This document shows positions 14,290 to 28,190 of a stretch of 64,000 bases of DNA, in pieces. This DNA comes from Sminthopsis crassicaudata (Eukaryota). Made by a program: the position numbers and the translations under genes. The DNA lies in the NCBI RefSeq assembly GCF_048593235.1, contig NC_133620.1, positions 291,849,765 through 291,913,764 of the forward strand, written 5' to 3'. The notes under the pieces were generated by a model. It saw only the letters and a program-made list of their open reading frames with translations, searched no databases and was not told the origin of the DNA. The stretch's first letter is position 1. Each line of letters opens with the position of its first letter.

Positions 14290-14671
14290 AGCTGTGGCGC
14301 AGGCGCACACAAGGCCGGTAAACCCAATCGGTGGGGTAGATCCTCAATCATGTACGCAGGCGCAGTGTGGTTTGCGCAAGCGCAGTAAGGTCCCCTGGGA
14401 GGCGGCGACGGTGGCTCCTCTGGGTGCTCGGCTTTCTCCCACCTAGGCCGGGCCCTGATTCGTTTCCTCTTAGGGACTCCCCGATACCCGGGGCCGCCCC
14501 TTCCCTCTTCGTACCCAACAGAAGGAAATCTTAGGAACCGAGGGAACCGGAAGTGCCGTCTCGCGATCCCCCAGTTTCTATCGGGGAATAGGAAGTGTTC
14601 GTAGGCGGAAGCTTGGGGGCAGGACCGGAAGTGGCGTTGCCTCCGGGAGGCCGGGGGCGGAGCCACGGGGC

Positions 14672-14673
<2 letters not shown>
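14290..14673 (+). promoter_or_regulatory. BAG6 CpG-island promoter and probable non-coding exon 1
   Basis: CpG-rich. NRF1-like TGCGCAAGCGCA (14373-14384), two ETS/GABPA CCGGAAGTG (14547, 14625), BANP-like TCTCGCGAT (~14559), and a candidate donor CAG|GT at 14673/14674. Confidence 0.75.

Positions 14674-14713
<40 letters not shown>
14674..14713. repeat. (GT)20 microsatellite, followed by a degenerate TA/TG tract to ~14800
   Basis: Seen directly in the sequence. Confidence 0.95.
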
Positions 14714-14723
<10 letters not shown>

Positions 14724-15332
14724 ATGTGTGTATGTGTGTATATGTATGTACACCACCTAGTGTGTATATCTGTATATAAATGTGCATATGTGTTTATGTG
14801 TAGTTCTCGTTGTGCTACCGTGAGGACGGGGTGACATCCAACTACATTGGGGCCTCCCTTTCCTACCGTCATTGTCCCGATTCCCAGATCTATCGCGACA
14901 GAAGCAAGCTCGAGGGTGCCCTATCGCGGTGGGCGTGGCATGGTGCGCGTGTATGGCGCATGCCTCCCTAGTCCCTTCTAACCTTCACCGAAGAGGCTTA
15001 TCCCCACCTTCTTTAGGCCTTTGCCCGTCCCCCATCCCCTTTCTTTCGTGTCAGCCAGGTGGTGATTCCTGCCCAGACGAATGTTGCCTTGATGTCATTA
15101 TAAGTGTTCTTTCAAATTCTCTCCCCATGTCTGAATTCTTGCTTCTGCCTTTTCTTTCTCTCTCACCCTGGGTTGGAGGGAGGGATGTGCGTGTGCTTGG
15201 AGGTGTGGGGGAAGGGGACTGGATTCTTTGGGGAACTATGGCAGAGTTTGAATCAATTTGGCATGTAGGAATTTTATTATACTCTGTGATAATGACTTTG
15301 TTTTCCTTTCTCCTCTCTCCAGCGTGTTGGTC

Positions 15333-18300
15333 ATGGAACCCAGTGACAGTAGCAGCAGTGCTATGGAGGAACCAGCCAGTTTGGAGGTTCTGGTGAAGAC
15401 TTTGGACTCCCAGACTCGGACCTTCACTGTGGGGGCTGAGGTGAGAGCTGAGAGTTCCCAGGGCTTGGAAGATTCTGAAAAAAGTTTTCCCTTCAATTAC
15501 CTTTTCATCCTGGGGCAAGGACTTCCAAATTTCTTGCTCTTCTATTTAGCTATGTTGTCAGTGGATTTTAGAATTGCAGAGTACCTTAGCCATCATCTAG
15601 TTCTCTTAATTTTGTAGATAAAGAAATATTTAACATTCTGATGACTGTTTGGGTTATAGAAAGGCCTGTTTCCTAAAGCACAGTCTCTTTGCCTCTATTG
15701 TGTACACACTTATATTTTTAGGAGAATCTAGAGGCAAAAAAAAATTTTATTTCCTGTCCTTGAAACTCCAGCATTAATGAGAAAAGATATGGAAGCTGTG
15801 GAGTTTGAGGGTGGGGTAAGACACACAGACAGAAACAACAAATAGAGAAAGCATGAGGGTTAGTAGGGATGTTTCTTCTCCTAGCATTGCTGGCTTACCA
15901 GAATTTGGCTCTCTAAAGCAAGGTCAACAAAACTACAAAGCATAGAGTCCCAACAAGCTGGAAAGTTGATGTACTAAATATTTGTCATTTGAGAAGTATC
16001 CTACTCAAAAGAGGTTGATCTGCACAGGATTGGCCTACAGATACATGTTTTTTGTTACAGTTGTGTTTTAAAATTGTTAATTTTTAGAATAGTTGTGCAT
16101 CTGTATCAGTAGAGAAAGTACCACATGGATAAAATCTAGAAGTACAATTGTTTGGGGATATTCCCAGCTTTTGAAATCTCATGGAGAAAAGCCATGTTTC
16201 ACTTCATCACATCACATTCAAATCATTCTCTAGTATCTGGAACAGAGCAAAATACTGGGTTGGGATGCATCATTGATCTGGTGCAGTATTGCAGAAATAA
16301 ATACTTAAGATAGGAAAGATGTGGGTTTGATTCTTTACTCTGACACAGGTAAATATGATCTTGGATAAAATTACACATCTTTAAACCTAAATTTTCTTAT
16401 GGGCAAGAAGAGCTGATAAATTTATAATATCTAACTGTTGCTTTTGCAAAACCATAAAATGCTTTATAAATATTTATTATTATTGTTAACTTTATGTGAA
16501 TATAGCAATGTAAGAAAGAATATATTTGCATGTATATGTGTATGTACACACATTTATGTACTTAATATATGTTTGTGTATCTATAATTAGGTAGATAGAT
16601 ATAAAAAAAACCACCACATTTCTTTGGGTGAATCTAGTCCTGATCTAGTCTGATAAACTGAACACAGTCTGGGACCACGTGCCTGATTACAGTTTCTTTT
16701 TCCTCACAAAATGTTCCCTCATTTCTCATATTTATACCTGTAGTAAGAACCTCCCTATCTGTAACTCCAGACATAGAACCTTTCCTGAGCCTGCCATCTA
16801 GTTTCCATATAAAACCATTGCTGTGATTTCACATGTGAAATTGATATATTACTTGCCTTCTTGGTGAGTGTGGGAGGGAAAGAATTTAGAATTCAAAATT
16901 TTAAAAGAATTTCAAAAATAAATTGCATTTTTTTTAAAATTGCTGTTTTCTCTCAAATATTAACATATAACTTTACAGGCAGTGGATACAAATGTAATAA
17001 AATACGCAGTGATTTTTGTAATTGTTACATGATTTATGTTCTTAGATATTCTCTGACCTTTCTTAATTCTTTTTTATCTCTGCAGATGACAGTGAAGGAA
17101 TTTAAGGAGCATATTGCTGCCTCTGTCAGCATCCCTTCTGAGAAACAGCGACTTATATATCAGGGGCGAGTTCTACAAGATGAGAAGAAGCTACAGGAAT
17201 ACAGTGAGGGGCTAGATGGAGTTTTAGTAGAAGGATTATTTCTGGATAAGGGGGGAGGATTGAGGTACTTAATTGTCTTTCCTCACTCATATTGTCTTCT
17301 TTACTACAGATGTTGGGGGAAAGGTGATCCATCTAGTGGAGCGGGCTCCTCCACAGACCCAGCCTCCATCTTCTGGAGTTGCCACGGGGGCCGGGTCTCC
17401 CTCCTCCACCCATGGTGGGGGACCCCCATCTGGTCCTCGAGGTCCTGGTGTATCTGTCCATGACAGGAATGCTAACAGTTATGTCATGGTTGGGACCTTC
17501 AATCTCCCTGTAAGCTGGCCAGCCAAATTGTGTCTTTGGTTGGGGGAGGGAAGGAATGGTTGATGGAAGTGGCTGGGTGGGAAAAATTGGAAGGTTAGAT
17601 ACTTAGGTCTTTGGGTTGGAAGGTGGGGATTTGGAGGGCATGATAAACCTGTCTCTTGGGTAGTGAGGCTGGAGGGAGAGAGTTGGGGAGTTCTTCTAGA
17701 GCTCAGTTGTCACAGCATCCTCTCTTCCCCCTCCTACCCCTTCCCTCCCTCCCCCCTTCCCCCAGAGCGACGGCTCTGCTGTGGATGTTCATATAAACAT
17801 GGAACAGGCGCCAATCCAGGTATCCAGGGGCTGGGAACATCAGGGTAGGGTATTTGGGAGGGAGTGAACTTGAGATGGGGATTTGTACACAATGTACATG
17901 TAGTGTAATTATCTCCTTAGTGCAGAGCAGTGCAGTACATTGTTATGTTGTATCAGAATGTCACATTGTAGGAAGGAAATTGATAAGCTGAAGAGCATCC
18001 AGCCAGGATGTTGAAAGGGCTCAACATCATGTCATATGAGGATTGGTTGAAGGAATTGGGAATGTCTAGCCTAGAGAAGACAAAAACATAGGATTTGGTG
18101 AACTTGAATACTTGAATAGTTGCCATTATGTGGAAGAGGGATGAGACTTTTTCTGCTAAGCTGCAGCTAAGAATGAGAAGATAAAAACTAACCAATAATT
18201 AGATTATATTTCAAATGTGAAATGGGCTCTCTCAGAAGGCAGTGAGTTCCCCCTCATTGCAGGTCTTTGAGGAAAGGCTGGATGACCAGTTGCTGGGTAT

Positions 18301-21300
18301 GTTGTAGAATGGATTCTTTTTCAGGTATGGATTGAATTATCCGGCCTCTGAAGTTCCTTCCAACTACAGATTCTGTGAGAATGCAGAGGCCTGGTTTGAG
18401 TAGGATTATGGAGCTAATGTCTTCACTCATGTTTTGACCTATTCTCTTTGCTTTTTTATTTCCAGAGTGAGCCTCGTGTTCGTTTGGTTATGGCCCAGCA
18501 TATGCTGAGAGATATACAGGCTGTGTTATCCCGCTTGGAGGTATATGGGGAAAGGCTGACACAGATTTATTCTTGTGCAACTCCTCCTCAGGATTTGACC
18601 ATCTTAAGTTTCTTTGTCTCCGTCTTGTTTTACTTTGGTTTTCTCCTTTCTTGTGAGGGTTGGGGTGGGAAGACAGGGATTTGGAGACACTGTCTTGTTC
18701 ATATTCTACCTGGTTCAGAATTCACATTCTACCTGAGTCCAGAAAGCAATTTCCTAGCTCCTTTCACACAAAAAACCTTTACTGTTTGTAAAACCTTTTC
18801 CTTTCCAAGTAGAAAAATGTTTCACATTCTTTATTAAGGTCCCTCATTTCAATCCTTTAAACAGTACTTACTGAAAGATTTTTTTATTCGGTCTCATTTT
18901 AGTTGTTCCTATGACAGCAACAGTCAGTTAATTATCTTGTTCTCTGTTCTCATTGGAGTTGGGAAATAGTTTTCTTCTTCCTTCCTTCCAGCTGCTGATA
19001 TGTTCGGAGAACTTAAATATTGAATTCCAGTCTTTAGTATTTTAACTTGTATAACTTATTTTGACTCAATCTTGCCTCAGTAATCTTCTTCAATTTTAGG
19101 GCCGAGCCAATGGAGGGCAGCATCAGCAGCAACACCCACCACCACCACCTGTTTCAGAGTCATCATCCTTAAATTCAGAGGCTCCTGAACCATCAGAGGG
19201 TGAACCTCCTTTACGAGAGCCCATGGAAGCAGGAGACCCGGAGGAAAGCACCCAGCCCCGGAGCCCTGAGTCCTCTCCTCCTGGTCCAGCTCCAGCTCCC
19301 GCTCCCAAGTGAGTGATTTTGAATGGCAGGGGAAGTATAGTTAGAGGATAGGAGGGAGGTGAGTTTTGAAAGCAAGGTATTGTTGGGGAGGGGAGATTGG
19401 CTAGGGACTGGACTTTGCCTATTGAATAAAGGAAGTAGATGAAGATTCTGTTTGTGTAGGGTAAGTAAATAAAGAGATGTGTAGGTATAAACCTAAAAAG
19501 TAAGATTATGATAAGCTTAGTGAAAGTGCTGGTTTCTTGGGATAGGAGAATTCTGAAGTTACTTTATTCTCATAAATTCTAATTTCCCCCCAGTTTTTGG
19601 CTAGGAAGTAAACTTATATTTCTGGTTCTTCTAATAGAAAAACTAAGGAGCAATAACATGCTCCAGGGTTTAGGAATGGGTAAGTGAGAGAAAGAGCATT
19701 CACAGCGGGGCTTAGGAAACCTGTAAAAACCTTAATGAATGCCCTGCTATCATTTCTCATAGCCATCCATCCCCTTTGGAGTATGTTGAAGTGCTTCAGG
19801 AGCTACAACGAGTAGAGGGCCGACTCCAGCCCTTTCTACAGCGTTACCATGAAATCCTGGGATCTGCTGCCACCACAGATTATAATAATAATGTGAGTTA
19901 GTTTTTTTTTTTTTTTTAAATGTCCCTTTCATATTGTTTGGTTTAAAGGCAGAACTGATATTGAAATTTACCAGCCCACCCAAGATGGCCATCATATTGT
20001 CCATATAAATTTTTTCCTTCATTCCCCCATGGTCACACATATCTTTTCTATATGACTTTAAAATAAGCCTGATAATCATTCTTAGCATATGTGCAGTACT
20101 TGGAACATTATTTTCCTGCTTTTTTCTTCATCCTTGTTTTTTTTTTTTTTTTTTAAACTCAGTAGCTGATACAGATATGCTTTACTTTAAGCAAAATTAC
20201 AGGAAATTTGAATATGAGAACATGGATTTGAAAAATAATTTACTGGCCAATGATTTCAAAAGAAATCACAAATACTCCTTCCAATATCTAGCTTCAATTT
20301 AACTAATTAAATTTTCAGAAATTTAGTTTATATATAATTGTGTTTGATTTTTTTTAATAAACCTCTAAATACATTTTCGCTTTTCCCCTTCCTCTTATAT
20401 GGAATTCATCTTTTAACTCTTTATTAGAAATTAAATATCAATGCTAAGAACCATATTTGCTTATTAGCTGGCTACATTTTAATTAATTTCAATATTTAGT
20501 ATAACATTTTTTCAGTGTTTTCCTTGAAATCACCATTAGGATTCTTAAGTTTTCTCATTCTTAAGACACTTTTGTAAATATGATCGTAATCAGTTCATAT
20601 TCCATTTTTCTGGTTTTTTTTTTTTTTTTTTTAATAATGTAATATGGGGCAGCTAAGTGGCACAGTGGATAGAGCACCAGCCTTGACTTCAGGAGGACCT
20701 GAGTTCAAATGTGGTCTCAGACACTTAACACTTCCTAGCTGTGTGACCCTGGGCAAGTCACTTAACCCCAGCCTCAGAAAAAGAAATAATGTAATATGAT
20801 AATATTAACTAAATAATGCAAAAAAGTTTACATTATTTTCTAAAGATTTTTCTAAACTTCTTTGTATTTAATATTTATTGTAATTGTTCTATAATATTAA
20901 TATTTAATTGTTCCCCTATTATAAGATTTTTAGGTCACCTCAGTGTTTACCATTTATTTATATATAATGCTGCTATGAAAATCTATAAATAGACAACTTA
21001 AAAAAAAGAAGAATGTCTTGACATGTTTCTAGCAATGCAATTATAGGGCCAAATGGTATGATTAGCTCTTCTCTACAGAAAATATCATTTCAAGGAGATG
21101 TGTGATAATCCCAATCTGTTCTCCCTTTAAATTTTCTTTTCTTTTCTCTCTTTTTCTGGTTCTGGGGGAATGGTTTTAGACTGAAGGACGTGAAGAAGAT
21201 CAGCGAGTGATCAATTTGGTTGGAGAGAGTTTACGACTGCTGGGTAACACCTTTGTGGCATTGTCTGATTTGCGCTGCAACTTGGCTTGTGCCCCTCCTA

Positions 21301-24300
21301 GACACCTGCATGTAGTCCGTCCAATGTCTCATTACACAGCTCCCATGGTGCTGCAACAGGCTGCTATCCCCATTCAGGTTGGTACAGTAGAGTCTGGGGT
21401 GAGGAGCAGATAATAATAATCACACCAAAGAGTAATCTGTGGGGGGAATTGTGGTATAGGAGTGAGTAGTATTTGATTATTGGAGAGTTGGTGCTGACTG
21501 AATCAGAGGAGAATAGTGAGACTGAGAAAAAGCTGTGAAAAAGAATAAGGAATGAAAACTGGAATGGAGGGAGGGATGTAAGAACTGAACAGCTGGTAAA
21601 AAATAAGAGAAGATGGATGAGGAGTTTTATGTTTATGGCTCTAATTTTTCTTGTTTTTCTCTATGTTCTTTCTCAATTAGATCAATGTGGGGACAACTGT
21701 GACCATGACTGGAAATGGGACCAGACCACCACCAACCCCTAGCTCAGAGGCATCACCCTCTGTGCCTGGGCAGACTTCCCCTCCAGCAGCTTCTCCTACT
21801 ACAGGGGAGTCCACAACTGAGGGGGCTCCTCCCACGGGCCCAGCCCAACCCCCTGGGCCTGGCCATCCTAGAGTTATCAGGATTTCCCACCAGAGTGTGG
21901 AACCCGTCGTCATGATGCACATGAACATTCAGGGTGCGCTGGGAAAGTCCATGGTTTGGGAAGAAAACACGTTAGAGTCAGGATAATTTGGAGGAGGGGG
22001 GGGGAATGAGTTGAGTTCAACAGTGAAAGAGACAAGCTGTAGGAATTAGGAGCTAGAAATCATTGATTCTGTACCTAGCTGCACCATGAACTTTTCTGCC
22101 ATGATATTTTTCCTGTCTTGATAAACATGTGACATGTTATTATTTGGGAGACTGAACATCTAAGGTCTTTTCAGTCTAAAGATTAGTAATAAAGGGATTT
22201 CATAACCAAATTTTTCTGTGAATTAGGTGAGGGGGGGATTGAGGGTATCAATATAGGAGAGATGTTGTAAAGTTTGAGTGGAGCTAGAGCCTAAGAAATG
22301 GACAGAAAGATGTTTGGAGGAGAGATAGTAAGTTTCTTAACTTGTCTGTGTGTTTGATTTTATGTTTCCATTTCTTTTTCTTCCAGATTCTAGTTCACAG
22401 ACAGGTAGTGTTCCCAGTGCCCCAACTGGTCCTTCAGGTCCTCCTAGTCATGGCCAGTCCCTGGGTAAGAGTGAGGGAATTTCTGGGAGGGAAATGGAAG
22501 GAATGGGATGGGATTATAGTATTCAATTTGTCCCTTTCCTTTCTAGGTTCTACTCATATTCAATTGCCCTCCCTGCCTCCTGAGTTCATGCAAGCTGTTG
22601 CTCACCAAATCACTCAGCAGGCCATGGCAGCAGCTGCTGCCTCTGCAGCTACAGGTAACTAGTCCTTCTGGAGAAAAGATGGTAATGAATAGTCAGTTAT
22701 CATGTTTGGGTCATTAGGAAGGTGGGAATTGGGAGGAATGGGACCTCAGCTTTTTTGGTTTCTCTTATATGTACTCCCAGGACAGCAAGTTCCAGGCTTT
22801 CCATCAGCTCCTACAAGGGTAGTGATTGCTCGGCCTACCCCTCCCCAGGCTCGGCCCCCCCATCCTGGTGGGCCACCTACTCCTGGAGTTGTGGTGAGAT
22901 AGAAGGGAAGTGGGTGGAAAATTACAAGGGAATTTTGAAGGGTTATGGGAATAAGAGGAATCTTGGACATAGGTGCTATGGAGGGCAGAACTCAATCCCC
23001 CTCCCCTTCTTTTAGGGTCCAGGCTTGGGACCAAATGCATCTCTGGCTCAGATGGTGAGCGGATTGGTAGGACAACTTCTCATGCAGCCTGTGCTTGTGG
23101 GTAAGATCTTTTCCACTTTGCTTCTTGATCCTTCCAAAAAGAGAAAAAAATTCTTATCCCATCTCTCCTTCCAAACTTTTCTAATCTCTTGTTTCTTTTT
23201 AAACTGCCCTGCTTTTCTTTTTCTCAATCGAACTTCAAAATGTGAAGGAAGGTCTAGGGGACAAGAAGCTATAATTTTGTTTGTTTTCTTCTAAACATCT
23301 ATAAATTAAAAAAAAAAGAGGCAATATCTTTGTGTGTGTGTGTGTGTGTCCCTGTTTATTTCTTTCAATGGCAAAAGATAATTTAATGAAGATCACATTT
23401 TTATGCATCTGGATGAATTATGATTTATGTTCTTTAAAAGGCATTTCTGTGGCTTCAGAATTAATACAAAAGTTTTGTTTTGTTTTGTTTTGCTGGGAGG
23501 ATTTAGCCAGTCCTTTTTATTTACATCAATTCTTCATTTATTCAAAGTGAAGACTAGAATATTGAATCCTAGTATAATATTAGTATCATACCATTGTACC
23601 TTTCATCTCTAATCTCAGTCCTGTCCTTAACCTTCTGACACCTTCATATTCCCACTGGATTTTTCCATTTCTCTTTATGACTTTTCAGGTTATTTTTCTC
23701 TCATTTATCATCTTTCTATCACTCTACAACTTCCCTTCCCTCCACCTTCTTTGAGCCCCTTTCTGATAGATAGGTGGTGCCTTGTTGTCTTCTTTGTGCT
23801 AATTATTTCTCTCCAATTCTTCCCTTCTACCTTGATAGCTCAGGGGGCCTCAGGTCTGGCCCCACCTCCTGCCCCAGCTACAGCCTCTGCAAGTGCTGGT
23901 ACCACCAACACAGCCACCACTGCTGGGCCAGCCCCAGGAGGACCTACTCAGGCTCCACCACCACCTCCTCCCACTGAGCTTCAGTTCTCTCAGCTTCTGG
24001 GGAATCTGTTGGGGCCTGGAGGGTCAGGAGTTGGAGGAGCTAGTGTAGGCTCTCCAACCATCACTGTGGCCATGCCGGGTGTTCCTGCTTTCCTCCAGGG
24101 AATGACAGATTTTCTTCAGGTGAGTGGTAAAGCTGCTCAACCATCTCTTGATAGGCCTGTTTCATAATCTCTATCTCTATCTTTGGAATGTGAGCACTGT
24201 GATCTCTCCCATGGTTCATTGAGGGGATAGAAGATATTCAATTCTTAATTCTTTTTGTTAGTTCACCAGTTAACCAACAAATACTTGTTGAATATTTACT

Positions 24301-27300
24301 ATAATCCTGGTGTTTTGTGGGGATGGAGAGAATACAATAAATATTTGGAATTCTTAGCTTTAGGGCCTTAATAAAACCCACTCCACAGTTGGGTATTTAA
24401 CTTAATTTGATCCCTTCCTTTGTACCATTTGGTACAATCTCTTCAGTGTGTTGTATCATCTTCATCCCTCTCTAAGAGTGGGGTCACGATACATTATTTA
24501 GCTTGTTTATTATTTTTACTCCTTGGCACTGATTCCTTTGCTTTTTTACAGGCAACACAGACTGCTCCCCCCCCTCCTCCTCCCCCTCCCCCACCTCCTG
24601 CTCCAGAACAGGCACCTCCACCACCTGGGTCCCCTCCAGCAGGGCTGGGGGCACGTGGCCAAGGTGGGGTGGGACCTGAGAGCCTGCCTCCTGAGTTCTT
24701 CACCTCAGTGGTACAGGGTGTGCTGAGTTCCCTGCTAGGTTCTCTTGGAGCAAGGGCAGGTAGCAGTGAGAGCATTGCAGCCTTTATCCAGCGCCTTAGT
24801 GGCTCCAGCAACATTTTTGAACCTGGGGCAGATGGAGCCCTTGGTGAGTGGGGTGAGGGAGCAAGGGGAAACCTTTGGGGTGAAGAAAATTTTTTTTGAA
24901 GTTAAATGACTTGCCCAGGATCATACAGCTACGAAGTGTTATTAAGTGTCTGAGACCAGATTTGAACTCGGGTCTTACTGACTTCAGGACTGGTACTCTG
25001 TCCATTGCACCAACTAGTTGCCACAAGAAGAAATTTTAAGAATGGGATTGGATCTCCTTAATAGGGAGTTGAGTGTCATCTTCAGGGTGGAAGCCTTTGA
25101 TGGGAAGGGGTTACTTACTGGTCTGCCTCAGGCTAAGAAAGATGATTCCCAGAATGAGCCAAAGAACTAAGGAAGTGTGAAGGGGGTGGGTAAGGGGTTA
25201 AGAGATACTTGGGCTAGAAAGTCTGAATACGTAAAGTGTTCAAGCTGGTTCTTTTTCTAGGTTGATACAACTTTATTGCATATGATAACTTTCTTCAACT
25301 TCTCTCTTCTCTCTGTTTGCAGGGTTCTTTGGGGCATTGTTATCCCTCCTGTGCCAGAATTTCTCCATGGTAGACGTGGTAATGCTCCTTCATGGTCACT
25401 TCCAGCCACTTCAACGACTCCAGCCTCAGCTTCGGGGCTTCTTTCATCAGCACTACCTGGGAGGCCGTGAGCCTACACCCCACAATATCCGGGTGAGGGG
25501 AGCTTCTTTTTTCAAAACTCAGTTTTTAACTGCAGGAACCTATTGCAAATCATGTAACCTTTGTTCTTATTTGTAAGATGAGTGGGTTGAACTTGATGAA
25601 TTAATTCTAAGTCCCCTTTCAGCTTTAAATCTGATCAATTTGCTATAATGTCTACTAGCTGAGGCCTCTAGATTACTGACTGAGCATGCCAGGAAGGGGA
25701 GGATTCTCCAGAAGCTAGTTGCTGACCTTATCTTGGTCTCTCCCACAGATGGCAACCCATACACTGATCACAGGATTGGAAGAGTATGTTCGAGAGAGTT
25801 TTGTGAGTGGTGAAATATAGGAACTCCCACACCCAGCCACTACTTCTCTTTCTGGCTTTGGAGGAGGCAAACCTCACACACACACAAATTTTATCTTCCT
25901 TCACATTTCCAAAGTACAATCCCTTGGGAATCTTGTGTGGGGTGTATTCCCTTCTAGATCCAGAAATAGTTCATTCCACTGTAGTCACTGTTACCTTGTC
26001 TTAATTTTGTCTTTGTTTTTCAGGCCTCTGTGCAAGTACAACCAGGTGTGGACATCACCAGGACAAATCTAGAGTTTCTCCAGGAGCAATTCAATGGCAT
26101 TGCTTCCCATGTCCTGCACTGCACAGGTTAGGGCTAGGAATTTGTGGAAGTCAGGGATTTGGGATTAAGTGTTACGAGAGAACAACTCCTCTCCTTTCCT
26201 TTACAGATGGTGGCTTTGGGGCCCGATTGCTGGAATTGTGTAACCAGGGACTGTTTGAGTGTCTGGCTCTGAACCTACATTGTCTGGGGGGACAGCAGAG
26301 TGCACTCACTGATGTCATCAATGGCAGAATTGTAAGACATGATGACTTATTTGGTCTATTTTTCTCTAGGACTCCCATTATATATACATGGAAGTCCACC
26401 TTCCTCTTCTGTTATTAAAGAGAGAAACAATTTTCATTTATTTTTACCAGCGCCGGATGTCTGGAGGAGTAAACCCATCCTTAGTAAGCTGGCTGACAAC
26501 CATGATGGGACTTAGGCTTCAAGTTGTGCTGGAGCACATGCCTGTAGGGCCTGATGCTATCCTGAGATATGTTCGAAGAACTGGTGATCCCTCCCAGGTG
26601 AGGATGGTGGGATCTTATGCTTGTGTCCCTATGTACTGTGGTGGCATAAAGTGGGAGAATGGTAATAGGCTTAGTTATATTGGGGGATGGGAACCTATAA
26701 AGAGAGCCTATAAAGAGACCTTTCTCTATCCTTCTACTAAATTTCACAGCCAGGTCTTGAGGAACCAATGGAATTCCAAGTTGCTGAAAGAACTCCTGAG
26801 CCCCAGGTATTGGGGAAGAGTTCTCTTGGAAACTGGGTACCTACCTGGGGATAGGAAGTTGGAGAGGGGTTATATGATATCCTCTCTTCTTTTCTTTTAT
26901 CTCTCAGCGAGAGAATGCCTCCCCAGCCCCTGGCACCACTGCAGAGGAGGCCATGTCCCGGGGACCACCTCCTGCTCCTGAGGGTACCTCTCAGGAGGAA
27001 CAAGATGGAGCTACTGCTGAGACAGAGCCCTGGGCTGCTGCTGTTCCTCCAGTAAGTTGTGTGGCTTTGGAGGATGTGGGGGTGCTAAATGTTGTGAAGA
27101 GCTAATTTCCTCACTCTTCCCCAGGAATGGGTTCCAATTATCCAGCAGGATATCCAGAGCCAGAGAAAGGTGAAACCACAGCCTCCCCTGAGTGATGCCT
27201 ACCTCAGCGGCATGCCTGCAAAGAGACGCAAGGTTTGGCTCCTTTCCTGTTGGGGAGATGCCCTCTTAGTCCTGTGGGGTGAAGCAGCCAATTCTTCTGC

Positions 27301-28190
27301 TTGCCCATTTCCTTCCATTCCCGACCCACCTCCTCCACCTGCCCCAGTTTTTGTGAATGTAAATGTGAGCTTAAGTCAGTAAGTATAATTCAATGACAAA
27401 CATTTATTGAGCACCTACTTGGGGCCAGGCAATCTGCCATGGCATCCTCCCTTTCCAAATGTATTCACATGACATTTTCTTTTTCTCTGATAGTTTGGAA
27501 ATTTATGAGTTAAGTTTGTTGTGGGATGGAGAGCTGGTCTGATGCTGAAAGCCATTCTTCTCCCCTTAGACGATGCAGGGCGAGGGCCCTCAGCTGCTTC
27601 TTTCAGAGGCTGTGAGCAGGGCAGCCAAGGCAGCTGGAGCTCGACCTCTAACAAGCTCGGAGAGCCTGAGTCATGACCTGGAGGCACCAGAGGTTCAGGA
27701 GAGCTACAGGCAGCAGGTGCACCCTCTCAAAACAGAATAGCAATTCTTTAGCGAAGTTTCATAAGGGACCTTCATAAGGGAGCTGAAATGGAATAGTCTA
27801 GGGCAGGTGGGTTCATTTTGTAAAGAGGGTGGATTCAAGTGGAAGAGGACCATTAGATCAGCAAAGGGGAGATTAGCTGGGATGGACTGGATCACCGTCA
27901 TTATTTTTGATGCCTCTGGTGAGCGATATTGCCATATACAATCTGCATGGGGAAGATGGATAAGATTTGTCTTCTGAGTCACCATCCTAGTGGAACACAC
28001 ATTTAAGGGAGGGGGGGGGAGGGGGAAAGAGTGTTGGCTCATGTTAAGTTGGGCCTTTACTCAGTTCTTAAACCCATTTGTTCTTTTTCCCCAGCTCCGT
28101 TCTGACATCCAAAAACGACTTCAGGATGACCCCAACTATAGCCCCCAGCGCTTCCCCAATGCCCATAGGGCTTTTGCTGATGACCCTTAG
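15333..28190 (+). CDS. BAG6: BAG cochaperone 6 (BAT3/Scythe), 25 coding exons, 3453 nt = 1150 aa
   Basis: Exons: 15333-15440, 17086-17203, 17310-17509, 17766-17819, 18466-18540, 19100-19308, 19763-19892, 21180-21377, 21681-21933, 22387-22464, 22547-22654, 22781-22893, 23016-23100, 23839-24119, 24552-24843, 25323-25492, 25749-25802, 26024-26126, 26207-26331, 26451-26597, 26750-26806, 26908-27051, 27125-27232, 27570-27716, 28095-28190. All introns GT-AG and phases consistent. N-terminal UBL ([27 protein letters not shown]), NLS (AKRRK) and C-terminal ...[19 protein letters not shown] at 28269-28274. Confidence 0.97.
17960..18375 (+). mobile_element. Ancient CR1/L3-type LINE 3' fragment in a BAG6 intron
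   Basis: Motifs TCATATGAGGATTGGTTGAAGGAATTGGGAATG..AGCCTAGAGAAG and the terminal GTTCCTTCCAACTACAGATTCTGTGA typical of L3/MIR3 tails. Confidence 0.65.
20646..20784 (+). mobile_element. Young marsupial SINE with 14-bp TSD
   Basis: AATAATGTAATATG at 20633-20646 and 20785-20798. Confidence 0.9.
24885..25023 (-). mobile_element. Marsupial SINE
   Basis: Reverse-oriented SINE body (GTTAAATGACTTGCCCAGG...CACCAACTAGTTGCC). Confidence 0.8.

Noticed and set aside
14262-14872. His/Thr- or Val/Cys-rich ORFs over GT repeats (also 1653-1856)
   Set aside because: Translations of microsatellites.
16861-17463. 200-aa ORF, and similar ORFs at 18448, 23751, 24420, 26388
   Set aside because: These are BAG6 exons read through into flanking introns, not separate genes.
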